NCBI GenBank assembly: GCA_905178155.1
Contig: CAJINV010000002.1
Coordinates: 8,637,224-8,701,223 of the forward strand
Origin: Amoebophrya sp. A120
Lineage: Eukaryota > Protista > Dinoflagellata
DNA: 64,000 nucleotides
Direction: 5' to 3'
Within the stretch, counting starts at the first letter, position 1, and every line of letters begins with the position of its first letter. A program made the translations under genes and the position numbers. Below are positions 43,507 to 55,100 of this stretch, piece by piece. The notes under the pieces are model-generated. The model was not told where the DNA came from, did not search any database, and was given only the letters and a program-made list of their open reading frames with translations.

Positions 43507-45408
43507 TCACACCGAAGAACAAAGCGCCTCAACTTTAAACGTACCTTCTTCAAACACGCTGCGGTCGAGGTCGTTCTCTTCCATTAACATCGCCAGATTG
43601 TAAGCCTGCCCGGTGAAGAGGTAAAACCTTTTCTGTTTTGGCGGTGTCGTAGTTGGCGTTGCAGCTACTGGAGGAGAACGCTGCTCTCCTGCAGAAACCG
43701 CAGCAGCTGTCGAAACGACCACTGGTGACCCATTTCGATTTGATGTGGGCGCATTGTCGCTTTGTGTCGTGCTGCTGTAGTTCGCTCCTCTACTATCTTC
43801 GTCTGCTACGGTGCTCGGCGTTGCCTCCACTTGTGTCTGCCAGTCGAAGTGCTGCTTCCCTCCGCTGTTTTCACTTCGCTGAGCCTCGCGAAATTTTTCC
43901 ATGAATGCGCGGGCACAAGAGCCAAAGGGTCGCCGTTTTCGCGCATTAGTGCCGTCATCTGTTTCTTTTTTCTCCGGCTTTTTACCAACCACGCTCACGA
44001 CGACCGCGTCGCTGTAGCATTCCCAGACGGCATCCAAAAGCTCGGGCCATTCCACATCGTCCGCGATATTGAGAGAAGCGGCAGCGGGCCCTTCGGCAGC
44101 GTTTTGCTGGTGATGCCGCGGAGTGTTTGTTTTTGAGCTAGACTGCGTTTTCTGTCCATCCAACCACAAGTACTCACTGTCCTCTCGCAGCTCCTCGAAC
44201 CGCGTAAACGCGCCTCCCATCGTCGGCACTGCGGTGTAGAGAAGGTAGAATTGCCGGGACTCGGGAAGCCGGATCTGCAACGGCAGCAGGTGGAGGACTA
44301 CTTGCTGGTTTGTCATGATTGCTGACGCGCTCTGTTGGTGTTGGCTTCCCGCAGCACGTGGCGGCGTATCCTCGCGCGCAACAGGACGCCCGGGTTGTTG
44401 GAACTCGTTTATTGCTGTCTGCTGATTATTCTGGTTCATCCCTCCTTGTGCTTGTGGCCCGCAGGACTTCGACATATTGCAATTGGAATTTCCATTGTGC
44501 TGCTCTTGTAACAATAAGGCTTCCGCAGAAGCCACGACGCTGCGGGAATCAGTTCCCACATTGGAGGAACTCGCGTAATTGTTGCTGTACTGCGAATTCT
44601 TCCCGCCAAAGTGCTGCAGACCCTCGTTGCTTTGCGGGTTGAACTGCCCACCGCCTCCGCCGCTATGAAGCTGTTGATACACGGCGCTCGTGTAGAAGCT
44701 GGTCTGCCCGGACGATGCTAGTGCGGCCCCCGAAGAGGCTCCGCCGGGAGTGTCACTTCTTGTTGTTGCCCTGTATTGCATACTCTGCTGCGCTGCGTTC
44801 GGCGTCGGGAGCAGTACTGTTTTTGGCCTTTCTTGGCTTTCGGGAGGAATTCGAATAACACCCTGATCAACAAACTGCTTAAAAATTTGCCTTTGAAGTT
44901 CCATTCTTGTTGTGTTTTGCTCCTGTTGCTGCGGGAGAATTACTTGTTGACCGCTATTAAGAATCTGAAGCAGCTGCTGTTGCGGTGATAGGTTAGCTCC
45001 TCCTGCATTGGTAGGCTGAGACCACCCAGACCAGGCTGCACCCGCGACGCCAGACGCTCCTCTCGAGCCCGCCAGTTGTCCCTGCTGGTTCGCCAGCTGC
45101 GCGACGTGTTTGTTGTACACCTCGACAAATCTTGGGTCTTGCATTGCTCCTAGGGTGAGCTGGTTCAGTGCTTCCTGATCTTGGCATTGCGCTTGCTGGT
45201 GACCATTTCCGTAGTGCTGTCCCGAGATGTGCGTCTGCGTGTCGTTTCCTCTATTAAATCCGCTCATCTGTGAGAGCAGCTTTAGCTGCTCACCATTCAT
45301 TTCTCGCAGCCTCTCTGGAGGGATATAAGAGCTCCCGGACATCCCCTGTGCTCGTTGCTGCTGCTGCTGGGCAGCCGCCAGGTTGCTGTTGCTCACAATC
45401 GACTGCAT
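43507..45408 (-). CDS. Hypothetical 633-aa protein with Q/N/G/S-rich N-terminal half and a folded-looking C-terminal region
   Basis: Intact ATG-initiated ORF, co-oriented; poly-Q tracts; hydrophobic patterning from VVLHLLPLQIRLP onward. Confidence 0.8.
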   Translation of the reverse strand: MQSIVSNSNLAAAQQQQQRAQGMSGSSYIPPERLREMNGEQLKLLSQMSGFNRGNDTQTHISGQHYGNGHQQAQCQDQEALNQLTLGAMQDPRFVEVYNKHVAQLANQQGQLAGSRGASGVAGAAWSGWSQPTNAGGANLSPQQQLLQILNSGQQVILPQQQEQNTTRMELQRQIFKQFVDQGVIRIPPESQERPKTVLLPTPNAAQQSMQYRATTRSDTPGGASSGAALASSGQTSFYTSAVYQQLHSGGGGGQFNPQSNEGLQHFGGKNSQYSNNYASSSNVGTDSRSVVASAEALLLQEQHNGNSNCNMSKSCGPQAQGGMNQNNQQTAINEFQQPGRPVAREDTPPRAAGSQHQQSASAIMTNQQVVLHLLPLQIRLPESRQFYLLYTAVPTMGGAFTRFEELREDSEYLWLDGQKTQSSSKTNTPRHHQQNAAEGPAAASLNIADDVEWPELLDAVWECYSDAVVVSVVGKKPEKKETDDGTNARKRRPFGSCARAFMEKFREAQRSENSGGKQHFDWQTQVEATPSTVADEDSRGANYSSTTQSDNAPTSNRNGSPVVVSTAAAVSAGEQRSPPVAATPTTTPPKQKRFYLFTGQAYNLAMLMEENDLDRSVFEEGTFKVEALCSSV

Positions 45409-46141
45409 CCTTCATGTGCGTTTCTTTTCCTTTTCGTGTTACGCTTACACGTACAGCATAGATAGCGAGTTTCGAATGGACTTAGAGTCCTGCCTCCTCG
45501 GCGAGACCACGAGGACAAGTGTACGGCGCAGCTGCTCGTAGTAACAGCGATAGCCTTGCCGTAGCCGTTGTTACACAGAGTAAAAAATCTTCGGTACTCA
45601 AGATCAACATCAAGTTAGGCATTACACCAAATCACGAATAAAAGATAAAGAACCGAGCGACAGTGACTGGGGAGAAAGAGGCGTCATTGACATTCTTGCT
45701 CACGTACTTTAGTTATCTTGACTATGACTTGTCCAGCGTGCTGATGCGACGAGCCAAGAACTATGTGATCTCCTGTCACCTTACGCTCTACAGTGAAAGG
45801 TCTTCTCGTCACGATATCAAAGGATCCAAGTGCAGCAGCATGTGGAACGTGTCGCATCATATCAGACCAGCGGAGATGATCAAACTATCTTTTCATGTTG
45901 ATGTGCCAGTGGTCCAGACCCCGCAGGATCTTAGTTGGTTCGTTGTAGGCCTGCAAATTCTTGGACACAAAAGAAAGATCACGATTGCCACTCGCTTGGG
46001 AGGTCAAGCGAACTCCAGTGGCAGCTTCTCGTCTTTTCGCACTGGTCATAGATACGTCCCTCTTGACGTCGTATTGTGGTGCAGCTTCTTTCGAAAAAAA
46101 TCCAGTGTAGTGTCACGACAGTAAACGATTAGCGTGCTTCT

Positions 46142-49100
46142 TTATTTTTTCCTGCTCAGCTCCACGTCTTTTTCTACTCTTTTCAGATACGCGGCTGCAA
46201 GTTTCGCGTTTCCCCGGTCGGCGGCTTCTTTGTACCTGCGATACAGCGGATGAGCTCGCAGCTCGTGGTCCTCGTTATCACCTTTTGGCTTTTCCGCTTT
46301 TTGGTGATTCGGCTCCTTCATCATCCCTTTCGAGGCGGCCTCTTTTTCTGTTTGCTTGTTTTCATGATGCTCTCCACGGTGCGGCAACGGTGCGGAATGC
46401 TCAGCGCTATTCTTTTCGTTTCCCGATCGCGCGACAACGTCTTTCTTCACTTTCCGCCCCGGCTGCACTTCGTTGCTCTCAGCTGAAGCTCCGGACGCTC
46501 CTTTTCTGTCCCGCTCAGCTTTGCGCATGTTGGACACCTCTGCCATGAGCGCGGCATTCCGTCCGAGAACCTCTCGCTTGGCATGCGCGTAGTGATTTTT
46601 TATCTCACCCGCATCTCCCTCATCCGCCCTACCACTTTTGCCACCCAAACCCATCGGCTTCAGATGCGGCGCGACGATGTGCTTTCTCGGCGCGGTAATA
46701 ACCTCCACAGCATTGGGGTTCAGCGACCCACGAATGTGGCGGTCCGGACTGATTTCGAACTGCAACCCCGGACTCAGTCTCGCCGTGTCCGCCTTGTGCT
46801 TCAGAATCTCCAGCTTGCGCCACTTCTGTGAGAACAGGGCCCGCAGACTCAGGTCTTTGCGGTCAAGGAATTCCAGTGCCTTATCCAGCTTTTTCTCTTC
46901 AGAATGTGATGGAACGCCGGCAGGTGGGGTTGCTCCGCTTGAATCCGGCCCTGTGTGCTCGTGATGGTCAGTGTGAGAAGTGCTGCCGTGATGCGTCTCA
47001 CTGTGCTGTTCTTTTATTTGATCATGATGACGATGGTGATGATGTCCGTGCTCTTGCAGTGGTCTATGGTGATGCGATTCGTGGCTGTGATGGTGCCCCG
47101 AATGAGACTTGTGTTGGTGATGTCCACTCTTCTGTGGCCTGGTGCGATTCCGAAAACGACCTGGGGGGGAGTTAGAATTTTGCAACTCCCTCGCCACGTC
47201 GTCGATCGCCGGTGGGGTGTTTTCCAATTGGCGAAGCCAGGCGTCCGTCTCCGCATTGTCGACTTCCTCCTGCCTTTCCGCTTCCAAGGCTTTGTTGCTC
47301 GTGAAGTCATCGTCTACATCGAACAAGTGCGGTTTCTGTCTCTCGTAGCGTCGCCACTTTTTTTCTGAATCGGCTAAGGCTGCCAAAATCTCTGTGCCCG
47401 TGGTTAGATTCCGCGGGACGTAGAGCGAGGGAGAGGTAGTGGTTGGTTGATACAGATGCGGGCTCGTTGGTTGTAGGCTCATGACCTGCAAGTTGTGATG
47501 CGGAGATGCAGCCATCATGGAAGCAAGTGCTCCTTCCTCGTCTTCCTCGTGCCGGTAGACTGGGACTAGTGCGTTCTGACTTCTTGTCTGGTTGCGCCGC
47601 CTTTCGCGCTCAATAGCCACCGCAGGATCATCCTCCGCGGACAGCGCCTTTATTCTCTGCTTCTGCGCCGATAATTCGGCACCTCTTGCTTCCATCAGCA
47701 TCTTTTGCAAATGCTTCGGAAAGATCCCTGCACGGCTACCGAACCACAGACTTTGACCGGAAAGGTAGAAATTACTCGGAGCGGTAAAAACTTCTTGCTG
47801 TCCCGCTGCGACAGTGTGGCTCGGTGGAGAGTTGTTCCTTTTGCCTCCAGAAGTCTTCAGTCCTTTACCCGTCGCGCCGCCGGTCAAAAACTCCATTTTG
47901 TCGTGGTCTTTCTGCACCAACGCCAAATGGTGCTGCTGGCTCGCTGCGTCGGCATTTTCGGTTTCGAACTCAAGAACCTCGTCGTGGTTTCCGTGCTCCG
48001 CTTCCAATCCCTCGAGTTTCAAGTGATGATCGTCCGCCACGACGCGCTGAAAGTGGCCCACCATGTCAAACACGACCTGCTTCCGCTTCTCCCCAGCTTT
48101 CATAAAGATGTCATCGAAGTCCTTCACAACAGTCAAACTTTTACTGTTGTGCAGATCCAAGCTGTTCTGCAGAACTTTATTTCCAGCAGTACTCGTTGCC
48201 GCCGCACTTCCACTGGTCCCACCTCCAAGCATCTCTGCAAGAACCAGCAAGACTAACCCGCGAATCACCTCGTCTACGTGGAAAGACTCCCAGAATTGCA
48301 CCGCTTTCCAAAGTTCCGCGAGCTGCGAAATGGAGAGGTTGAGTTGCAGCAGATTCAACAGCAAGAAGTCGCTCATTTTGTCGCACTCGTGCATCAGAAA
48401 ATGCTGGGCCTCAAGCAAATCTTCGAGCTCAATTTCCCGGTTGCGCCTTTCCTTGAGCGACTCCTGCCGCGAGGACCCTGTCTCGGTGTTGCCTGGTTTG
48501 GAGAAGTGAAACATCACACTGAAATGCTCGAGGAAGCTTTCGCGCTGTCTGGTACGCGGAGTGAGATTATCATGATCGATCATTTGTGGGGTCGCGTCAA
48601 CCTCAGCAGCCGCATCCTGTTGTTTGGACGGTGCACGCCGATCGGCAGGAGTGTGATCATGTCGGAGCTCCTGGTCCTCCAACTCGTCGTCATCGACGAT
48701 GTGCTCGTCCCACAGAAACTTTTCTTCTCTTGGGCCAGAAACTTCTTCTTCCTCAATCTCCAGGGAAACAGGCACTGGTTTCGCTTTTGGGGGCTTAGCT
48801 TTCAACGAATTCTCTTTCGCAGCATTATCCACCGCCTTCGTCTTTGCCAGCAAATCGTGAAGTTTTCTTGGTGCAGGTGCAGCCGGCTTCATGCCACTAT
48901 CTTGGTCAATGGTAGCTTCTTTCCGCTTTTGTGTCAGTCTCGCAGCCTTTTCCACCTCCGTGACACCAGCAACTGCTGGAGGCTCCTCAAATCGAATTGT
49001 CTTCTTTTCACCAGCGGGCTTAGCCTCTTCTTTGCCGGCCTTCATCTTAGCGGCCGAGCTGGCACTGCTTGTTTTGGTCGTGGTCCCTGCTGCATTCAGT

Positions 49101-52100
49101 GTTTTTTCTTCGCGATCTGTCGCAGCCTCACCACCGGTGGATTTTTTTTGTTCAACGCCTGCTCCGGAACTCACTCCTGCAACACTCGCAGTTGATGCTC
49201 CTCCTGCCGAACTAGGTCCGGCCGTATTTTCTCCAACCTTATTTCTCCTCCGCCCCAGCCGCGGACCCCTTGTACCAGTACCAGGAGCTGTAATCGGTGG
49301 CTTGTACCGAAATGGAAAAGCCGCCGTCTTCGTCTTAGAAGCTTCTTTTTGCGCCGTAGCAATTGTGGTAGTTGCCTTCGATCCCTGTGCAGCAGCTCCG
49401 GCAGGTGCAAGCGCTTTAGGAGCTCTCGCCGATTTATTCGTCATCGAATCAGCTACTGCAGCACTAACCGACGCAGGAGGTGGAGCGCCCCGCGGGCTAA
49501 TCTTCACTGACGAAACACCCACGACTTTCACGAGTACACCAGGAGTTGTACCGCGGCGTGAAGACGCATCGGACTCCGCAGCTGCCTTCTTCTCCCTCTT
49601 TGTCTTCACGATCTTCGTACTGCTGGTCTGCCCCGGTTCGGTTCCCGCTGCAATGGTGACGCTGAAGGTGGATTGGACGCTGGCAGCGAGCTCGTCCAGG
49701 TCGATACCTAGTTCTTCCTCTTCCTCCTCTTCCTCTTCGACGGTTTCAGGTACAGGCGCAAGACGAGCGGCAGCCTTTGCCTGTGCAACAGAAATAGGAG
49801 GCACAACGGCAGTTTTGATGATACTTGTGGTCTCAGTACCTGGTTTCTCTTGTCTCCTCTGATCACCGAGAGTCGCAGCAGTTGAAGTCCCTGCTTTTTC
49901 CAAAATTTCATCCAAATCCTCACCTGCACCTTCATCATCTTGCGCAGCCTTAGCTTCTTTCTCCCTAGCGGTTCTAGGAGAGGCTGCAAAAATTTCAATC
50001 GCGACAGGTTTCGTCACCGGCGCAACAGCAGTGCCTTCCTCCTTCGCAGATGAAACTAGAGCTAGCACAGGCTGCGTCGATGCAGTCGTCGTTTTAACCT
50101 TGACATCAGCGGCCTTCCCTGTCGCCTGCCCGATCAGAACATCCAAGTCTTCCCCGGGTTCAATGTCAACTGTTTCCGGCTGCCCTTGGTGATCCAAAAT
50201 GCGCACTTCGATCTGCGGAGTCGCACCATCGGCGTCCTCCTCTGCTCCTCGCCGCGGACTTGTGGCCGGCGACGCTATTTCTACTTCAACGATTGCGGGA
50301 TGATCCGGGGCTTGTGCAAAGGTATGCTGTTGACCTCCTTGTTGATCAAAAACACCAGCCTGCTGCCCGGGAGTTGAGGTGGACACCGTCACCTGAATAC
50401 TGGTCGCTGGCACTGCTGCCGCGATTTCGTCCAAATCCTCCCCTGCGTCCTCGACGTCCCCTGTCGCTTTTATTTGTTTATCCCGCGCACTTGCACCAGG
50501 CGACGCAATCTCGATCAAAACCCGGGGAGATGCCAACGCGTCTCCTGTGTCATCTCCCTCGTCAACATCTTTCTCTTTACCTCGGGGAGACACGACTGTT
50601 ACTGTCGTGACTTGCTGTCCAGGTTCGAAATCGTCTCCATCATCTTCCTCTTTCCGTCGAGGAGAAACGACTGTCACGGTGGTGACTTGCTCTCTAGCAT
50701 CGTCATCCTCTCCGCCGTCCTCCTGTCGCGGAGACTGCGAAACGGTGACTTTGACTTCCACACCCGACTCAGTCATCACAGTCGCCCCGGCGGCTTGTTC
50801 CGGTTGTGCAGATATTTCCTGTCTTTGGACAGCAGTCTGACCTTGGTCTGCTGTGTCCTCTGTTTTCACGGTGACTTTTACCACGGCGGAAGTTGGTTCC
50901 TCCTCCGCAGCTTCACGCGGACTGGCTCCTGCACCGCTTCGCGGACTAGCTGCCCCGCTTCGCGGACTGCCCGATGGAGAGGCAATGACGACTTTCACAG
51001 ATCGGGGAGAGGCAACACCTTCTTTTTTGGTTTTCTCATCCTCAGGCTTTTCCTCTCCGCCAGTTGTAAAAGCAAGAGCTGCAAGTGGAACGACGATGGT
51101 TGTGGTTTCATCTGGGCCGACCGATACTGCTTTAGCTTTACCAGCGCCTCCGGGTACCATTTTGCTGACGTCGATCACGGGTGGTGGAGCTGCTGCTCCT
51201 GTACCGGAACGACCACTATCCACTTTCACTTCAACTGTGACCTTTGCGGTAGCTGCATCCTTTCCCGCCGCGTCGATTGTTTCGCTAGCCTCCTCCGCCG
51301 GGGCTTCCATCAGCGCGAGCGGTGGAATGACCGGCTGCTTCGGTTCTTGAGGGTCCGCTGCGTTCGCAGCCGATGCGGAAGGTGGTGCGCCCGCTGCTGG
51401 ACCGACCTGAATGAAAACGGGCTCCGGCTGCTCTGAAGATGGGGCGTCAGAAGATACTGTTCCAGCGGGCTCTGGTTTTTGTCCTTCCTCCTCAACTTTG
51501 ACACTAACCACCACTTCCTCCGGTTTCGTAGCGTCTACAGAAACCTGCACGGAACGAGGGGAAAGTTGCTTTTGTGCGGACCGAGGGGAAGGCGGCTTTT
51601 GGATTTGTGCGCTGGTTGACTCCTCTGTCGTTCCTGCAACAACTTCGATGCCCACTTGAACCGAGCGAGGAGATTGCGGCTTCGCTTTCGCAGTTGCAGT
51701 CGCCTCTATCCCCCCGGTATCGGTAACTTGTACTTTTTCTTTTCCCGCCTCTCGCGGAGACGTTGTTTTAACAGTGACGAAAACTGCAGGCTGCTCCTGT
51801 GCAATTGTGGCATCTTTCGGCGCCGCCCTGGGCGAAACAGCTACTTGCACGATCCCGACCTGCGGCACCGTAGCCAGAGCTGCCGTGCCCGCTTCGGCTT
51901 TTTTTCTATCGACGAGGAGCGACTTGTCGCCCACGTGCACAACGATTGGCACTTTGAAAGGATCATCGTCGTCCATGTTCACTCGGTGCGTGAATCGCGG
52001 TGGCCCCTTTTCTGATTTTGTCGGCATCACTAAAAGGCTCTTCCCGCTGGCCCCACCCTTCAGCGCCGCCTTCCAGTTCGCAGGCAGGTCCCGTGACACG

Positions 52101-55100
52101 TCGATCTCCATCTTTCGCATCGCTTCCGATATGGTCACACCGCTGGAAGAAGTAGGACGTCTCACGAGTACATCAATCGGCCGCTTTTTCGTATCGGCCC
52201 CGTTCGTAATCAGAATCTCGGTGGCGAAATGCGCGTACTTTTCCTTCCCGACGAATTTGTCGTTCACGATGATCAATTTGTCCCCTGTCTTCAGCCCCAT
52301 CGCCGACGCCCAGGAGTTCGGTTTGATCTTTTGGATTTCGTTCACAACCGAACTGTCGGTCCGTAACTCCAGAATCCCGGTCGACTCGCCGTAATTCTCC
52401 ACGTCCGCGTCGGCGTTGATTTGCCCTTGCCAGTACTCATTGTCCGCGATTTTTCCCTTCAAGAACACAAAGGTCGCAATCTTCGGCTTACCCTGTTTAT
52501 GCCGATTGCCGACGAAGTTCAAGATCGCCTCGTTCGGGTCTTCTCCCTTCATTTTCATGACCATCGTGATTCTCTCCCCGCAAACGACCAAAAGCCAGTC
52601 CCCGACCGATAGGCCATATTTCTTCGGTCGCGAATTCGGGTGCCCAGTGTTGATTTTTGTCACTCTCACGATCGGAAAGTCGTCCCAGTTGACTGCAAAT
52701 TGAAAGGCTTCAAAAAACCGATCCTCAATTTTCTTCTTGCTTGTTGCGTCAAACACGCTCGCATCCTCGACGGAGCTCTGCTCCCAGCCGAATAAGCCGA
52801 CGGCCTTCAGATCGGATGCGGCGTACAGGAAACTGGGCAGAAACTGTGGCGGTTTCGCGGACTTCCGCTTCCCGTGTTTCCCGACCGCGAAAGGATCGGC
52901 ATCAGTCGGACGGACAAGCGCAATTTGGGGACCGCTGTCGGGGGAAACCAGGACTTTGTCTTGCTGCTTCACTGGTGGACTGCCTGCCGGATCCGCTGCA
53001 CTAGCACTAGGCTCTTCCGCTTCTTCCTCTTGCACAACAGTCATTATGCCAACCTGCGCGGCACCAGAGTCCTTCTTTATTTCTGGCACGGCAAGCTGCA
53101 CACCACTAGCACCTACTGACGTGGCCCCCGCTTTCGTTTTGTCCACCGCCAGAGACGCGTCTCCAACATGCACTACAGGCACCTTGAACGGATCGTCATC
53201 GTCCATATTCACTCTGTGCGTGAACCTCGGTGGCCCCTTCTCTGACTTCGTCGGTAGCAACAGACTCGCCTTCCCACTCCCGCCACTTTTCAACGCCGCC
53301 TTCCAAGGGGCGGGTAAGTCCCGCGCCACGTCGATCTCCGTTTTCCGCATTTTCGCCGTGATCTTCCCGATCTTCCGCCGCACCAAGAGATCGATCGGCC
53401 GCTTTTTCAAATCCGCGCCGTTCGTGATCAAGATTTCCGTTGCGAAGTGCGCATACTTTTCCTTCGCGACAAATTTGTCGTTGACTATCACCAAGCGGTC
53501 CCCGATCTCCAGGCCCATCGCCTCCGCCCAGGAGTTTTCCTTGATCTTCTGAATTTCGTTCACCACCGTGCTGTCCGTGCGTAACTCCAAGATCCCGGTC
53601 TGCTCGCCAAAATCCTCGACATCCCCGTCCGCGTTGATTTGCCCCTGCCAATACTCGTCGTCCGCGATTTTTCCCTTCAGAAACACGAAACTCGCAATCT
53701 TCGGCTTCTGCTGTTTGTGCCGGTTGCCGACGAAATTCAAGATCGCGTCATTCGGATCTACTCCCTTCATTTTCATGACCATGGTAATTCTCTCCCCGCA
53801 AACCACTAAAAGCCAATCCCCAACCGCCAAGCCGTACTTCGTCGGCCGCGAGCTCGCGGAGTTGTCAACTTTTGTCACCTTCACGATCGGAAAATCGTCC
53901 CAGTTCACGTTGAATTGAAAGGCCTCGAAGAAGCGGTCTTGGGCGGATTTCTTGCTGGTACTACTGCCATCAAACACGCTGGCGTCCTGCACGGAGGTTT
54001 GCTCCCACCCGAACAGTCCGACAGCCTTCAAATCGGAGGAGGCGAAAAGAAAACTGGGGAGAAATTGCGGCGGTTTTGCAGCCTTTCTTTTTCCCGACTT
54101 GCTCACCGCAAAGGGGTCTGCGTCCGTCGGACGGACTAGCGTCACTTTCGGGCCGCTGTCAGGGGTGTAAAGAACTTTGTCCTTCTTTGGTTTCGGGGAT
54201 GCGGTGTGGTCGACGTCATCTTTCCTTCCTTCTTCCACAGTACTCACAGTGAGCGTGAGCGCAGCAGAAGCCGCAGTCTCAGGACCAGCATCCGACGAAA
54301 TTCCGACCTGCGCTGCACTACTTGGAGCTACCTTCAGTTGCACGGAGGGAGCCGAGGCGGCTTTCTCTTTGTCTACCATTAAAGACGAGTCCCCGACGTG
54401 GACAGTTGGGACTTTGAAAGGGTCATCGTCGTCCATATTCACCCGGTGCGTGAATCTCGGTGGCCCTTTCTCCGATTTTGTCGGCAAGAATAGCGTCGCT
54501 TTCCCACTCCCCCCACTCTTCAGCGCTGCTTTCCAAGGCGCGGGTAAATCTCGCGCCACGTCAATTTCGGTCTTTCGCATGGCGGCAGAAATTTTCCCGT
54601 TGTACCGCCGGACGAGCAAGTCAATCGGGCGCTTTTTTGTGTCCTTACCGTTTGTGATCAAAATTTCCGTCGCGAAATGCGCGTATTTCTCCTTCGCGAC
54701 AAATTTGTCGTTCACGATGATCAACTTGTCGCCGACCCGCAGCCCCATGTTTTCTGCCCAGGAATTCGCCTCGATTTTCCGGATCTCGTTGATGCAATTG
54801 TGCCCTTCGTTCCGCAACTCCAAGATCCCAGTGCCCTCCCCGAAGGCCTCGACGTCCGCGTCACCGTTGATTTGCCCTTGCCAGTACTCATTCTCCGCAA
54901 TATCCTTCTTCAAAAACACGAAGCTCGCAATTTTCGATTTCCCCTTGGCCTGCTTGTCACCGACGAAGTTCAGAATTGCGTCGTTCGGGTCCGCTCCTTT
55001 CATCTTCATCACCATGGTCATTCTCTCTCCGCAAACGACGAGAAGCCAGTCCCCAACGTTCAAGCCGTACTTCTTGGGTCGGGAATTCGGGGCTGTTGTG

